Shown one piece after another: positions 1 to 9,020 of a stretch of 36,809 nucleotides of DNA. The notes under the pieces are model-generated. The model saw only the letters and a list, made by a program, of their open reading frames with translations, searched no databases and was not told the origin of the DNA. The position numbers and the translations under genes were made by a program. Every line of letters starts with the position of its first letter. Positions within the stretch are counted from its first letter, which is position 1. The stretch is from the IMG/VR virus record IMGVR_UViG_3300032125_000014, positions 1 to 36,809 of that record. One strand, given 5' to 3'. The DNA is from a virus (taxonomy: Duplodnaviria > Caudoviricetes).

Positions 1-127
1 TCAGAAGAAGAGCAGGCATTATTAGAAGAAGTCCTAAATACTTTACCAGAGATAGAACGTTCAGTTTACATATCTATTTATGGCAAAGGCAACACTCAAG
101 AGCAGACTGCAGAGTTTATTGGCATAC
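1..127. repeat. Terminal direct repeat (circular contig overlap), left copy
   Basis: Identical to 36683-36809. The 127-bp length matches a typical assembler k-mer overlap, and an ORF reads through the junction. Confidence 0.97.
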
Positions 128-216
128 CGTGTGGATCAGTTGATTATCGTCTGAAGAGAGCGCAAAGCTTAATAGACCATCAACTATTATACGGTAAACA
201 AATAGCTTTACTGTAA
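1..216 (+). CDS. 3' part of Xpf-like sigma70 region-4 late transcription activator (continues from 36335)
   Basis: Frame 1 reads SEEEQALLEEVLNTLPEIERSVYISIYGKGNTQEQTAEFIGIPCGSVDYRLKRAQSLI..., a sigma r4 HTH pattern; stop TAA at 214-216; directly upstream of terS. Confidence 0.85.
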   Translation, partial: SEEEQALLEEVLNTLPEIERSVYISIYGKGNTQEQTAEFIGIPCGSVDYRLKRAQSLIDHQLLYGKQIALL

Positions 217-220
217 TCAT

Positions 221-245
221 TAGGTAAAAGCGAGTAAGAAGTAAA
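221..245 (+). promoter_or_regulatory. Candidate late promoter/activator site, copy 1
   Basis: TAGGTAAAAGCGAGTAAGAAGTAAA, 21/25 identical to 5238-5262; intergenic upstream of terS. Confidence 0.55.
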
Positions 246-264
246 AGGAGGTGGCATTCATGCT

Positions 265-1056
265 ATGAACTGGGAAGCGATAAGAATCGAGTTTGAAGAA
301 ACGACTATAACGATGAAAGCTCTCGCGGAAAAGCATGGTGTTAAACCTGCTACTTTACGAAGCAGAAAGAACCGTGAGAAATGGGTGCAACGCAACGCTA
401 AAAAGGTTGCAACGAAAAAGGCAACGCAACGCAAGAACGTTGCAAGAAAGAAAGCAGAAAAGATTATAGAGGGTAACCATGAATTAAAAGGTTGGGAAAT
501 GGAATTTTGCTATGAGTATCTAAAAGAATTTAATGCGACTAAAGCATATAGGACTGTTAGGGATGTAACGTATAATACTGCAGCTACAGAAGGCATGAGA
601 GCCCTTAGAAAACCCTATATACAGGAAGCTATTAAAGATATAAAGAAAGAAACGAATGCTGATTTATTGATAAGCGTTGAAGATATAAAGAAAGAGTATC
701 TCAAACAGTCATTCGCTAACGTAAATGATTATGTTGAATATGGTTCACATGAAATAGTGGTTAGTGATAAGCACGGTAATCAGTTGGTTGATGTTGATGG
801 AAACCCGGTCACCTATAAAGATTCGTTTATCCACTTTAAAGATATGGACGAGATAGACGGAACGTTGATTAAAGAAGTCAGAATGGGTAAAGATGGGCCA
901 GTCATTCAGTTATACGATAAACAGAAAGCTATGCAAGAGTTGCTGAAATTAATGAGCAATGACGGTCCAGGTGGAACAGAGAAAGTAGTCTTCTTGAGTA
1001 GTGAAGAACAAATGAAACAATGGATTACTGAAAACGGTGATTCAGATGGTGATTAA
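265..1056 (+). CDS. terS: Terminase small subunit
   Basis: N-terminal HTH (LAEKHGVKPATLRSRKNREKW), Terminase_2-like FCYEYLKEFNATKAY and LYDKQKAM motifs; AAGGAGG RBS; precedes terL. Confidence 0.9.
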   Translation: MNWEAIRIEFEETTITMKALAEKHGVKPATLRSRKNREKWVQRNAKKVATKKATQRKNVARKKAEKIIEGNHELKGWEMEFCYEYLKEFNATKAYRTVRDVTYNTAATEGMRALRKPYIQEAIKDIKKETNADLLISVEDIKKEYLKQSFANVNDYVEYGSHEIVVSDKHGNQLVDVDGNPVTYKDSFIHFKDMDEIDGTLIKEVRMGKDGPVIQLYDKQKAMQELLKLMSNDGPGGTEKVVFLSSEEQMKQWITENGDSDGD

Positions 1057-2356
1057 AGTAAACGATCCATTTAAGAAGCTGAACCCTAAATTTTATTCGT
1101 TATGGATGACTAATAAATCAAACAACTTAGTCAAGGGTGGACGGTCCAGCACGAAGTCATCTGTTGTTAGTCAAAAGCTTGTAGAAAAGAAAATGAAGTA
1201 TCCAATGGGCAACGCGGTCATTTTGCGTAAGGTTGCAAATACGTTGCGTAAATCAGTTTATTCTCAAATACAATGGGCGCTAATTGATGCAGGCGTTGCA
1301 GACCAGTTTCTGTTTCAAAAGAACCCGTTGCAAATCATTCATAAAGAATGGGGAACAGGCTTTCACTTTAGTGGAGCTGATGATCCAGAGAAACTAAAGT
1401 CATTAAAGATTCCTATTGGATACATTCAAGATTTGTGGTTAGAAGAAGCCGATTCATTCGATAGTGTGGAAGAAGTCGATAAGATTCAAGACACGTTCAT
1501 TCGTGAGGATTTGCCGGATGGTAGAGAAGTTCAGACATGGTTGACTTGGAATCCTCCAAAGAACGCCTATCACTGGATAAATGAATTTGTAGAGAAGAAT
1601 CGTAACAACAAGGACTTTCTTATTCATCATTCAACTTATATGGACGATGTAAGAAATTATAACTCGGCCCAAATAAAAAGGAAGATAGAAAACTACCGTT
1701 TGAATGATATCGATTATTGGCGCTGGATGTATAAAGGCGAAGTAATCGGCATGGGTGATAACGTCTATAACGTATCAACGTTCCATCCTATTCACGAGTT
1801 ACCAGATGATGATAGATTAGCTGGTTTATTCTTTTCAACCGATACAGGTCATCAAGTATCAGCTACAACAACACTTGCTTTCGCGTTGACTGTTAAACAA
1901 AACGTTATCTTGCTAGATACTTATTACTACAGTCCAGAAGGTAGGACGGTTAAGAAGGCACCTAGTGAGCTAACAAAAGAGTTGCATGACTTCTATGAGA
2001 AAGTAAGAAAAGAATATAGTTTACCTATCTATCAGAAAACAATTGATTCTGCTGAAGGTGGTATTCGTAATCAATACTTCTTAGATTACGGCGAAAGGTT
2101 ACATCCAGTCGCTAAAGGTAAAAAGGTAGATATGATTGACTATGTGCAGGACTTATTGGCACAAGGTCGATTCTTTTATTTAGACATACCAGATAACAAG
2201 ATATTTATTGATGAACACAAGAAGTATCAATGGGATGAGAAGTCTTTAAAGAAAAATCCAGATAAGCCAGAAGTAATTAAAACTGATGACCATACTTGTG
2301 ACGGGTTCCAATATTTCGTGAAGGATAATTTACAACAGTTAGGACTTAAATATTAG
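1037..2356 (+). CDS. terL: Terminase large subunit, PBSX/SPP1 family (pac type)
   Basis: Walker A KGGRSSTKS, Walker B LWLEEA, TWNPP, nuclease STDTG and DDHTCDGFQY. Confidence 0.95.
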   Translation: MIQMVIKVNDPFKKLNPKFYSLWMTNKSNNLVKGGRSSTKSSVVSQKLVEKKMKYPMGNAVILRKVANTLRKSVYSQIQWALIDAGVADQFLFQKNPLQIIHKEWGTGFHFSGADDPEKLKSLKIPIGYIQDLWLEEADSFDSVEEVDKIQDTFIREDLPDGREVQTWLTWNPPKNAYHWINEFVEKNRNNKDFLIHHSTYMDDVRNYNSAQIKRKIENYRLNDIDYWRWMYKGEVIGMGDNVYNVSTFHPIHELPDDDRLAGLFFSTDTGHQVSATTTLAFALTVKQNVILLDTYYYSPEGRTVKKAPSELTKELHDFYEKVRKEYSLPIYQKTIDSAEGGIRNQYFLDYGERLHPVAKGKKVDMIDYVQDLLAQGRFFYLDIPDNKIFIDEHKKYQWDEKSLKKNPDKPEVIKTDDHTCDGFQYFVKDNLQQLGLKY

Positions 2357-2368
2357 GAGGAATATAAA

Positions 2369-2653
2369 ATGATATATAAAAAGAAACCGATAGAAATAGA
2401 AGCGATTCAATGGACGGGCGATTTAGATAGTTTTACCGAATTAGTAAATTTTGCAAACGTTACTCAATATAGTCAAATAACCACTGCGCAAGATATGATT
2501 GACGACACGAACGAAAGCAATTGCATCTATATCCATACACTCGAAGGAGAAATGAGGGCAAGTGTAGGCGACTATATTATAAAAGGTATTCAAGGAGAAT
2601 TTTATCCATGCAAACCAGATATATTCGAACAAACGTATGAATTAGTAGAATAG
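2369..2653 (+). CDS. Conserved small phage protein (PGDYG-like: GDYIIKG..GEFYPCKPDIF..TYE)
   Basis: Recognisable widespread motif; strong AGGAGG RBS. Confidence 0.75.
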   Translation: MIYKKKPIEIEAIQWTGDLDSFTELVNFANVTQYSQITTAQDMIDDTNESNCIYIHTLEGEMRASVGDYIIKGIQGEFYPCKPDIFEQTYELVE

Positions 2654-2664
2654 GCGGTGGTTGA

Positions 2665-4152
2665 ATGTTTGCAAAGACAATAGCAACAGTAAAGGGGTGG
2701 TTATCAAAAATGGGATTAATTAAGCAGTTAGCAGATGTTAGTGAGCATAAAGGTTTAGTCGTGAACGAAGAAGCCTATTCGCGTATTGCAAAGAATAAAC
2801 AAATCTATGCAGGTTTTGTTGACGAATGGCATAAGGTTTCTTATCGGACATCCGAAGGAGTATCTAAAACTAGAAACATGCTTACTTTTGGCATGGGTAA
2901 AGTATTAGCCGAAAAGATGGCAACATTAATATTTAACGAGAAAGCACAAATTAATATTGATGACGACAAGGCCAGTGAGTTTGTATTAGATGTATTAAAC
3001 AGCAATGGATTCCATAAAAACTTCCAACGATACCTGGAATATGGTTATGCGTTATCTGGAATGGCGGTAAAAGTTTATCAATATGACGGCAAAGTTAAAT
3101 TAGCTTATGCGGTTGCTGATGCCTTTTATCCATTATCGAACGATAGCGAAAACATAGATGAAGCACTGTTCGTGAGCGAAGAGTTCAAAGATGGTAAATA
3201 CTATACCTTGCTTGAATGGAATGAGTGGGAAGGTCCTGTTTACGTCATTACAAATGAATTGTTTATGTCTGAAACAAAAGGTGAGCTAGGAATTAAAGTT
3301 CCGCTGGCCACGCTATACGAGGACCTAGAAGAAAGAACGCCTATCAATAAGTTGAGACGACCCTTATTCGTTTACTTCAAATTAAATTCTGCAAACAACA
3401 AAGATATGACTAGTCCATTAGGCATCAGTATCTTTGAAAACAGCTATGACACACTTTACATGCTGGACTACCTTTATGACTTTTGGCATAACGAATTTCA
3501 GTTAGGTAAACGTCGAATAGCAGTAGACAGAGCTATGATTAAACCTTTTATTGATGTTAACGGTGATCAGCGAACAGCCTTTGACCCAGAAGAAACTGTT
3601 TTTACTACTGTGAATGCTGAGAACATGGATGTAAAAGATTTATCTGTTGAATTAAGAGCGGATGACATCATATCTAGTATTAACGCATTGCTAGACATCT
3701 TATCTATGCAAGTTGGATTTAGTTCTGGAACGTTTAACTTTGATGGTAAGAGCATGAAAACAGCTACTGAAGTCGTTGCAGAGAACAGCGCTACATTCCA
3801 AACTAAAAACAGCCACGAAACATTAGTTGAAGAAGGCATAAAAGAATTAATCACGACTATTGTTGACGTTGGTAATTTATATAGCTTATATACAGGAACG
3901 AATGATTTTGAAGTAGCGATTGATTTTGATGATTCGATTGCACAAGATAGAACCGAAAACATGAACTACTACTCATCTGCTGCAGGTCAAGGATTGATGC
4001 CTAAATTGATTGCTATTCAACGTATCTTTGATGTTCCGAAAGAGACAGCTCTCGAATGGATAAAAATAATGGATAAAGAATCTGCTATAAACGTAGACAC
4101 AAATGCAACGGATCTATTCGGAATTGGTGCAACTAATGTAGGACGTGATTAA
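2665..4152 (+). CDS. Portal protein, A118/SPP1 gp6-like
   Basis: 495 aa; SPLGISIF, KTATEV and IDFDDSI motifs; position after terL. Confidence 0.93.
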   Translation: MFAKTIATVKGWLSKMGLIKQLADVSEHKGLVVNEEAYSRIAKNKQIYAGFVDEWHKVSYRTSEGVSKTRNMLTFGMGKVLAEKMATLIFNEKAQINIDDDKASEFVLDVLNSNGFHKNFQRYLEYGYALSGMAVKVYQYDGKVKLAYAVADAFYPLSNDSENIDEALFVSEEFKDGKYYTLLEWNEWEGPVYVITNELFMSETKGELGIKVPLATLYEDLEERTPINKLRRPLFVYFKLNSANNKDMTSPLGISIFENSYDTLYMLDYLYDFWHNEFQLGKRRIAVDRAMIKPFIDVNGDQRTAFDPEETVFTTVNAENMDVKDLSVELRADDIISSINALLDILSMQVGFSSGTFNFDGKSMKTATEVVAENSATFQTKNSHETLVEEGIKELITTIVDVGNLYSLYTGTNDFEVAIDFDDSIAQDRTENMNYYSSAAGQGLMPKLIAIQRIFDVPKETALEWIKIMDKESAINVDTNATDLFGIGATNVGRD

Positions 4153-4154
4153 TT

Positions 4155-5240
4155 ATGGTCCAAACAAGTTTATTTATTGAAAGACTCTATCAACAAATCG
4201 AATACGAAATGTTGCAGAATATCGGTAAAATCATCGGAAACGGTGAAGGAATAGATTCAGAGGATGTAGTTAATTGGCAAGTTAGCAAATTAAGAGACTT
4301 GGGTCTCTTAAGAACAGAACAAATAAAGGTATTGTCTAAATATTCTGGAATGACGGTCAAACAAATGCAGAATTTCATTCATGAAGAAGGCATTGCTGAA
4401 ATTGAAGCGTTTGACGGTCGATTGACCGGATTGTATAAAGCAGGCGTTGACTATATTGAACCAACTAACACTGTTTATACCCGCTTACTTGCTTTAGAGA
4501 ATCAAGGCGCCGATGTAATGAACATGGTTAATTCAAACATGATTAGCGGTAGCGAACAAGTATACAAAGACATCATAACAAAGGCATCTGCTGAAGTTCT
4601 GACAGGTAACGCAACTCTTTCTCAGTCCATGATTAAAACAGCAAAGGAATGGGCTGAATTAGGCGTACCTGTCTTGATTGATAAAGGCAACAGAAGATGG
4701 AGTGCTGAAGCTTATACAAATATGGTTATTCGCAATACTCAAAAGAATGTAGCAGTATCCATGCAAGAAGGTAGGATGGACGATTACGACATTGACTTAG
4801 TTGAGATAACAAGTCATGCGGGTTCTCGTCCAAGTCATGTTGATTATCAAGGGCGTATCTATTCAAGAAGTGGCAAGAGTAAGAAGTATCCAGCTTTAAG
4901 CAGCACGAGTTACGGATTGATTGATGGGATCGTGACAGGAATCAATTGTTCTCATTTGATGTATCCGTTCATCAATGGTTTGTCTACAAAACGAAATGAA
5001 CCATACAACAAAAAGGAATCAGAAGAGAAGTATATAGAATCACAGCGACAACGACAGATTGAAAGGAATATTCGTAAAGCTAAAAAAGAGAAAGCCATGT
5101 TAGAAGCAATGAAAGTGGACGATAACGAAATCAAGTCTGCTACAGCTAAAATTAGTAAGCGTCAAAAAGAAATGCGTGATTTTATCGATGATACTAATAG
5201 AACTAGAAAACGCTCAAAAGAACAAATCGTAAAAGTGTAG
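4155..5240 (+). CDS. Minor head protein (phage minor capsid 2 / SPP1 gp7-like)
   Basis: SHAGSRPSH..YQGRIY, GINCSH and QRQIERNIRKAK motifs; follows portal. Confidence 0.9.
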   Translation: MVQTSLFIERLYQQIEYEMLQNIGKIIGNGEGIDSEDVVNWQVSKLRDLGLLRTEQIKVLSKYSGMTVKQMQNFIHEEGIAEIEAFDGRLTGLYKAGVDYIEPTNTVYTRLLALENQGADVMNMVNSNMISGSEQVYKDIITKASAEVLTGNATLSQSMIKTAKEWAELGVPVLIDKGNRRWSAEAYTNMVIRNTQKNVAVSMQEGRMDDYDIDLVEITSHAGSRPSHVDYQGRIYSRSGKSKKYPALSSTSYGLIDGIVTGINCSHLMYPFINGLSTKRNEPYNKKESEEKYIESQRQRQIERNIRKAKKEKAMLEAMKVDDNEIKSATAKISKRQKEMRDFIDDTNRTRKRSKEQIVKV

Positions 5241-5262
5241 GTAAGAGCGATTAATAAGTGAA
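5238..5262 (+). promoter_or_regulatory. Candidate late promoter/activator site, copy 2
   Basis: TAGGTAAGAGCGATTAATAAGTGAA, 21/25 identical to 221-245; upstream of the scaffold/capsid block. Confidence 0.55.
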
Positions 5263-5299
5263 GAGCTAAAAAATAGACAGACAGAGAGGAAGATAGAAC

Positions 5300-5521
5300 A
5301 TGATTTTACAAATAAACGAAGTTATCGAAGAAGAACATGTAGAAACGTATATTGGAGAAGTTGATAAGGCAGGTTTTGTAGATGATCGCTTATATTACAA
5401 TAAAAAAGGACTTTCACATGAAATTGATTATTCAAAAGGAGATTTAAAACAAATTTTCTTGCTGAATGAGAACGGTAAAACTATAAAAGGAATTTACGGT
5501 CTATCTAAATTTAAAGAGTGA
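5300..5521 (+). CDS. Hypothetical protein
   Basis: 73-aa ORF with GAGGAG RBS. Confidence 0.7.
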   Translation: MILQINEVIEEEHVETYIGEVDKAGFVDDRLYYNKKGLSHEIDYSKGDLKQIFLLNENGKTIKGIYGLSKFKE

Positions 5522-5553
5522 TAATACAGAAATGTAAATGAAGGGGTGAAAAA

Positions 5554-5787
5554 GTGGGTAATGCAGTGGATTTTAAAGAAATCAAACGTAAGAATGAACG
5601 CGGAATGAGTAATAACGAGTTCTTTGATAATTCTAAGAAAGTTTTGATTGATAGCAAGACTGTTGTAATCGTTGCATTGAGTGAAGAAGGGATAATTACT
5701 ACCTACCGTACATCTGATTCACAACTAGAAGCTTTAGGAATGATTGATGTTGCTAAGGACCAACTGCTGAATGATATGGAATTGTAA
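5554..5787 (+). CDS. Hypothetical phage protein
   Basis: 77-aa ORF, GTG start with AGGGGTG RBS. Confidence 0.7.
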   Translation: MGNAVDFKEIKRKNERGMSNNEFFDNSKKVLIDSKTVVIVALSEEGIITTYRTSDSQLEALGMIDVAKDQLLNDMEL

Positions 5788-5802
5788 ATAAAGCTTAATA
5801 CT

Positions 5803-5870
5803 CGTCCTTGTTCAAGACGTTAAAAGGTACGCCCATCGTGGACGTTACCACGTTAAACAATCGAAAGGGG
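5803..5870 (+). ncRNA. Candidate GP20-type cis-regulatory RNA (tandem pseudoknot-like hairpins) in scaffold leader
   Basis: CGTC-cttgttcaa-GACG-TTAAAAGG and CGTGG-acgtta-CCACG-TTAAAC directly upstream of a GP20-family scaffold gene. Confidence 0.55.
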
Positions 5871-5879
5871 AAACAACAA

Positions 5880-6434
5880 ATGAATAGAGAATTTTTAGAA
5901 GCTTTAGGTTTAGAGAAAGAAACGATTGATAAAATCATGGGAGAGCACGGGAAGAGCGTTCAATCGGTTAAAACTAAAGCAGAGGATGCGCAAGCTACTG
6001 TTGATGGATTGCAATCGCAACTAGCTCAACGTGATAAAGATATCGTTGAATTAAAGAGCAAGAGCGGTTCAAGTGAAGAAGTGCAAAAACAACTTGAAGC
6101 GTTGCAAGGAAAGTACACAGAAGAAACAGAAGATTTACAGAAACAAATCTCTAAAACTAAGTTAGATTCTGCAATTGATTTAGCACTAGCTAAGAACAAA
6201 GCGCGTAATGGTAAAGCGGTGCGTGCGTTGCTTGAAACGGATAAGTTGGAATTGTCAGATGAAGGCGTAAAAGGTTTGGAAGAACAACTTGCTACCGTTA
6301 AGACTGATAACCCTTATTTATTTGAAGAAGAAGAGGAAAATACTAATCCTAACTTCTCAAGGAACGGCAATCCAGGAAAGAAAATAAAAGATACCGGAGC
6401 TTTCGGCGCAATAGCTGAAAAATATAAAAAATAG
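5880..6434 (+). CDS. Capsid scaffolding protein (Phage_GP20 family)
   Basis: MNREFLEALGL..IDKIMGEHGK, coiled coil, DNPYLF; ATG 5880 has an AAGGGG RBS (ORF-track start 5808 lies within the RNA element). Confidence 0.9.
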   Translation: MNREFLEALGLEKETIDKIMGEHGKSVQSVKTKAEDAQATVDGLQSQLAQRDKDIVELKSKSGSSEEVQKQLEALQGKYTEETEDLQKQISKTKLDSAIDLALAKNKARNGKAVRALLETDKLELSDEGVKGLEEQLATVKTDNPYLFEEEEENTNPNFSRNGNPGKKIKDTGAFGAIAEKYKK

Positions 6435-6449
6435 AGGAGTTAATATATA

Positions 6450-7328
6450 ATGGCAATTAAAATGTATACAAAAGAATATGCTGGTATGTTTAAAAACATT
6501 TTTGAAAGCAAATCTAGATTCTTACGTACTTTCGGAGGATCTATTCAAGTCATGGACGGGGTAAAAGATACAGATAACTTCTTGCATCTTAAAACAACTA
6601 CCGCTGACGTAGTTATCCAAGCTTATGATACAGGTGCGAACATTGGCTTCGGTACAGGAACGGGTAAATCAAGTCGCTTTGGTAACCGTAAAGAAATTAA
6701 AGCCGTCGATACTGAAGTTCCTTACGAAGCGCCTATGGCTATTCACGAAGGTGTAGACAGCGTAACGGTTAATGATATTCCTGACCAAGTAGTAGCGGAA
6801 CGTTTAGAAGCACAAGCATTGGCTTGGGTTGAGCACGTAAATACATTGCTTTCTAAAGCGATTTCTGACAACGCGAGTGAAGTTTTACCTGGAGAATTAT
6901 CTTCTACAAGTATTTCTGGAGTTTTTGCAACCGCTCGTAAAAAGTTTGTTAATAACAAAGTATCTCGTAGTGTCCCTTGGGTTGCTTACGTTAATACTGA
7001 TGTTTATAACTTCTTAGTAGATGGAGGGTTAGCAACAACTGATAAAAACTCTTCTGCTAATATCGATGAACAATATTTGTACGCATTCAAAGGGTTTTTG
7101 TTAGAAGAAACGCCTGATGAGTATTTCCAAGCAACTGAACAAATCATGTTTGCTGCTGACGGAACAGGGGTAGTCGGAACTGGTATTTCAATGGTTCGCA
7201 CAATGGATTCAGAAGACTTCTACGGTGTGGCTATTCAAGGTGCTGCTAAGTATGGTAAATACATCCCAGATGCAAATAAGAAAGCTATCTTAAAAGCTAA
7301 ATTGACTGAACCAGTTCCTGTAGTTTAG
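6450..7328 (+). CDS. Major capsid protein
   Basis: 292 aa after scaffold; FGTGTGKSSRFG and AIHEGVD..TVND motifs. Confidence 0.9.
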   Translation: MAIKMYTKEYAGMFKNIFESKSRFLRTFGGSIQVMDGVKDTDNFLHLKTTTADVVIQAYDTGANIGFGTGTGKSSRFGNRKEIKAVDTEVPYEAPMAIHEGVDSVTVNDIPDQVVAERLEAQALAWVEHVNTLLSKAISDNASEVLPGELSSTSISGVFATARKKFVNNKVSRSVPWVAYVNTDVYNFLVDGGLATTDKNSSANIDEQYLYAFKGFLLEETPDEYFQATEQIMFAADGTGVVGTGISMVRTMDSEDFYGVAIQGAAKYGKYIPDANKKAILKAKLTEPVPVV

Positions 7329-7363
7329 GAACTGGTTTCAAATAAAAAATAGGAGTGATTTGA

Positions 7364-7579
7364 TTGGTTTATGAAGTAACTGCTAAATTTAAAGATATCA
7401 AGGATGGAAAAATATATGAAATTGGTGACAAGTACGATAAAGAGCTAACAGAAGAGCGTACAGTAACTTTGAGCACAAAAGCTAATGCTTATCAAACTGT
7501 ATTTCTCAAGTTGATTGAAGAAAAAGAAGATGGAGAAGAAGACAGAGAAGACGTAAAGGAAGAAAAAAAGAAGAAGTAG
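7364..7579 (+). CDS. Small head-associated protein
   Basis: FKD...G.IYEIGD.Y pattern commonly found after capsid genes; acidic/basic tail; TTG start with AGGAGTG RBS. Confidence 0.65.
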   Translation: MVYEVTAKFKDIKDGKIYEIGDKYDKELTEERTVTLSTKANAYQTVFLKLIEEKEDGEEDREDVKEEKKKK

Positions 7580-7975
7580 GTGGTTAGCGTGATCTATACT
7601 ACACCAGATTATTATAAAAGTGAGTATGAGGGTATTGAAGTGAACGCTGAATTGCTACCAAAATTAATCAAGAGAGCCAGTCGGGATATTAATTCCTTGA
7701 CTGGCTTTCGTATTCGTTTTGGTGAAATGTCAGCAACTAACCAGATGCTCGTGCAACAAGCTGTTTGCGCTCAAGTTGAGTTTTTGGCTATCAATGGAGA
7801 ATCATCTTCAACAGTTTTAGAAGGCGGTGGTTCAGTCTCTATTGGTGCTTATAGCGAGAGTTCAGCTTCAAAAGGAACTGCAAGTAATCAGCAATCATCA
7901 ATCCATGCAGAAGGAGTTTTGAATTATCTTTTCGCTGCCGGGTTAATGTATGCAGGAGTTGATTACATTGGCTAA
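7580..7975 (+). CDS. Head-tail adaptor (A118 gp8-like)
   Basis: LIKRASRDIN, AVCAQVEF, SVSIG.YS and GLMYAGV motifs; start probably GTG 7589. Confidence 0.8.
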   Translation: MVSVIYTTPDYYKSEYEGIEVNAELLPKLIKRASRDINSLTGFRIRFGEMSATNQMLVQQAVCAQVEFLAINGESSSTVLEGGGSVSIGAYSESSASKGTASNQQSSIHAEGVLNYLFAAGLMYAGVDYIG

Positions 7976-8294
7976 ACCAATTCAAAAGAGATTGTTGATT
8001 CATACGGTTATTTATAAAGAAAAGCAAGCTGATGATGGTTGGGGAAACGAATATAAGGAACCTGTAATAATTAATCAAGTTAGGATAGAACCTAAGACAA
8101 AACTTGTACGTTCCAATACAGGTGAGAGTGTAGAAAGCACGACAACTATTTTTTGGGATTGCGTATTTAGTAGTCCAGCTACTTTTATTAACGGCTCTAA
8201 AATAACGTTTGAAGGAATCGAATACGAATTAAGACAAACGGATAAGTTCTACGATGCTGATAGATTGCACCATTTAGAATTGAGGGTGATTTAA
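7950..8294 (+). CDS. Head closure protein (minor capsid 1 family)
   Basis: LLIHT...DDGWG..Y..P...VRIEP and HHLEL motifs; synteny. Confidence 0.8.
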   Translation: MQELITLAKPIQKRLLIHTVIYKEKQADDGWGNEYKEPVIINQVRIEPKTKLVRSNTGESVESTTTIFWDCVFSSPATFINGSKITFEGIEYELRQTDKFYDADRLHHLELRVI

Positions 8295-8635
8295 TGGGCG
8301 TTAAAGTTAAATCTGATTTTTCAGGTGCTTTAAAAAAAGTCAACAAAAAAATAGAGAAAACTCAATTCATACTAGATCAACAAATTGTAAAAGATTCTAA
8401 TAACTATGCACCTTTCGCTGATGGATTGTTAATTGGAAGTGCATTAATAGCATCTGAATTTGGCAAAGGTAAATTGATTTGGGATACACCATATAGTCGC
8501 AAATTGTACTGGAATCCACAATATAACTTTAGTACGGATAAGAACCCTCAAGCTGGTGGAATGTGGTTTGAGAGAGCCAGAAGTGCACACTTAAGCGAAT
8601 GGATTGCATTGGCTAAAAGTGAGGTGAACAAGTAA
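8294..8635 (+). CDS. Neck protein (minor capsid 2 family)
   Basis: DSNNYAP..G.L..S, WDTPYSRKLY and NPQAGGMWFERA motifs. Confidence 0.85.
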   Translation: MGVKVKSDFSGALKKVNKKIEKTQFILDQQIVKDSNNYAPFADGLLIGSALIASEFGKGKLIWDTPYSRKLYWNPQYNFSTDKNPQAGGMWFERARSAHLSEWIALAKSEVNK

Positions 8636-9015
8636 TGTTTGAGTTTTATAAGTCTTTAAGAATGCACATGGAATCGAATATGGTCTTGTTCTCAACCGTT
8701 GCATTGAACGGGTTAACAACTAATCCGAAAAGCATATCAATCGGCTCTATGCCTTCTCCATTGGGAAGTAAGTACTATGATGATAAAAGAGAAAGGATCG
8801 TTCAGATTCAAGTGCTAGTCAAAAGTACTGACCCAAAAGAAGCAATGGATACAGCAGAATTTATTGATAGCTTTCTGGATGATTCTTCATTTTTAGTTGC
8901 AGGTTATAAAGTTAATAGTTGTGAAACTTATGTTCCACCATCTTATTTAGAGAAAACAGCAAACAGCGAATACATTTACACAGCTGCTTACAGAGCAGAA
9001 ATTATGAAGGAGTGA
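8635..9015 (+). CDS. Tail terminator (minor capsid 3 family)
   Basis: Size, synteny and YIYTA C-terminal strand. Confidence 0.75.
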   Translation: MFEFYKSLRMHMESNMVLFSTVALNGLTTNPKSISIGSMPSPLGSKYYDDKRERIVQIQVLVKSTDPKEAMDTAEFIDSFLDDSSFLVAGYKVNSCETYVPPSYLEKTANSEYIYTAAYRAEIMKE

Positions 9016-9020
9016 TAAGG

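Noticed and set aside
1-127. Biological terminal repeat of the virion DNA
   Set aside because: The length equals a common assembler k-mer, it interrupts an ORF, and the terminase is pac-type; best explained as circular overlap.
5808-5879. N-terminal extension of scaffold in the ORF track
   Set aside because: No RBS at 5808; the region is structured RNA, and the family-typical start with RBS is 5880.
5837-5880. Pistol ribozyme (CGUGG-loop-CCACG-UUAAA resembles its P1)
   Set aside because: No downstream P2/P3 stems or full loop-complementary strand.
7310-7380. A118-style programmed frameshift giving an Ig-extended capsid protein
   Set aside because: The +1, -1 and read-through frames all stop within about 15 codons, and no Ig-like ORF follows.
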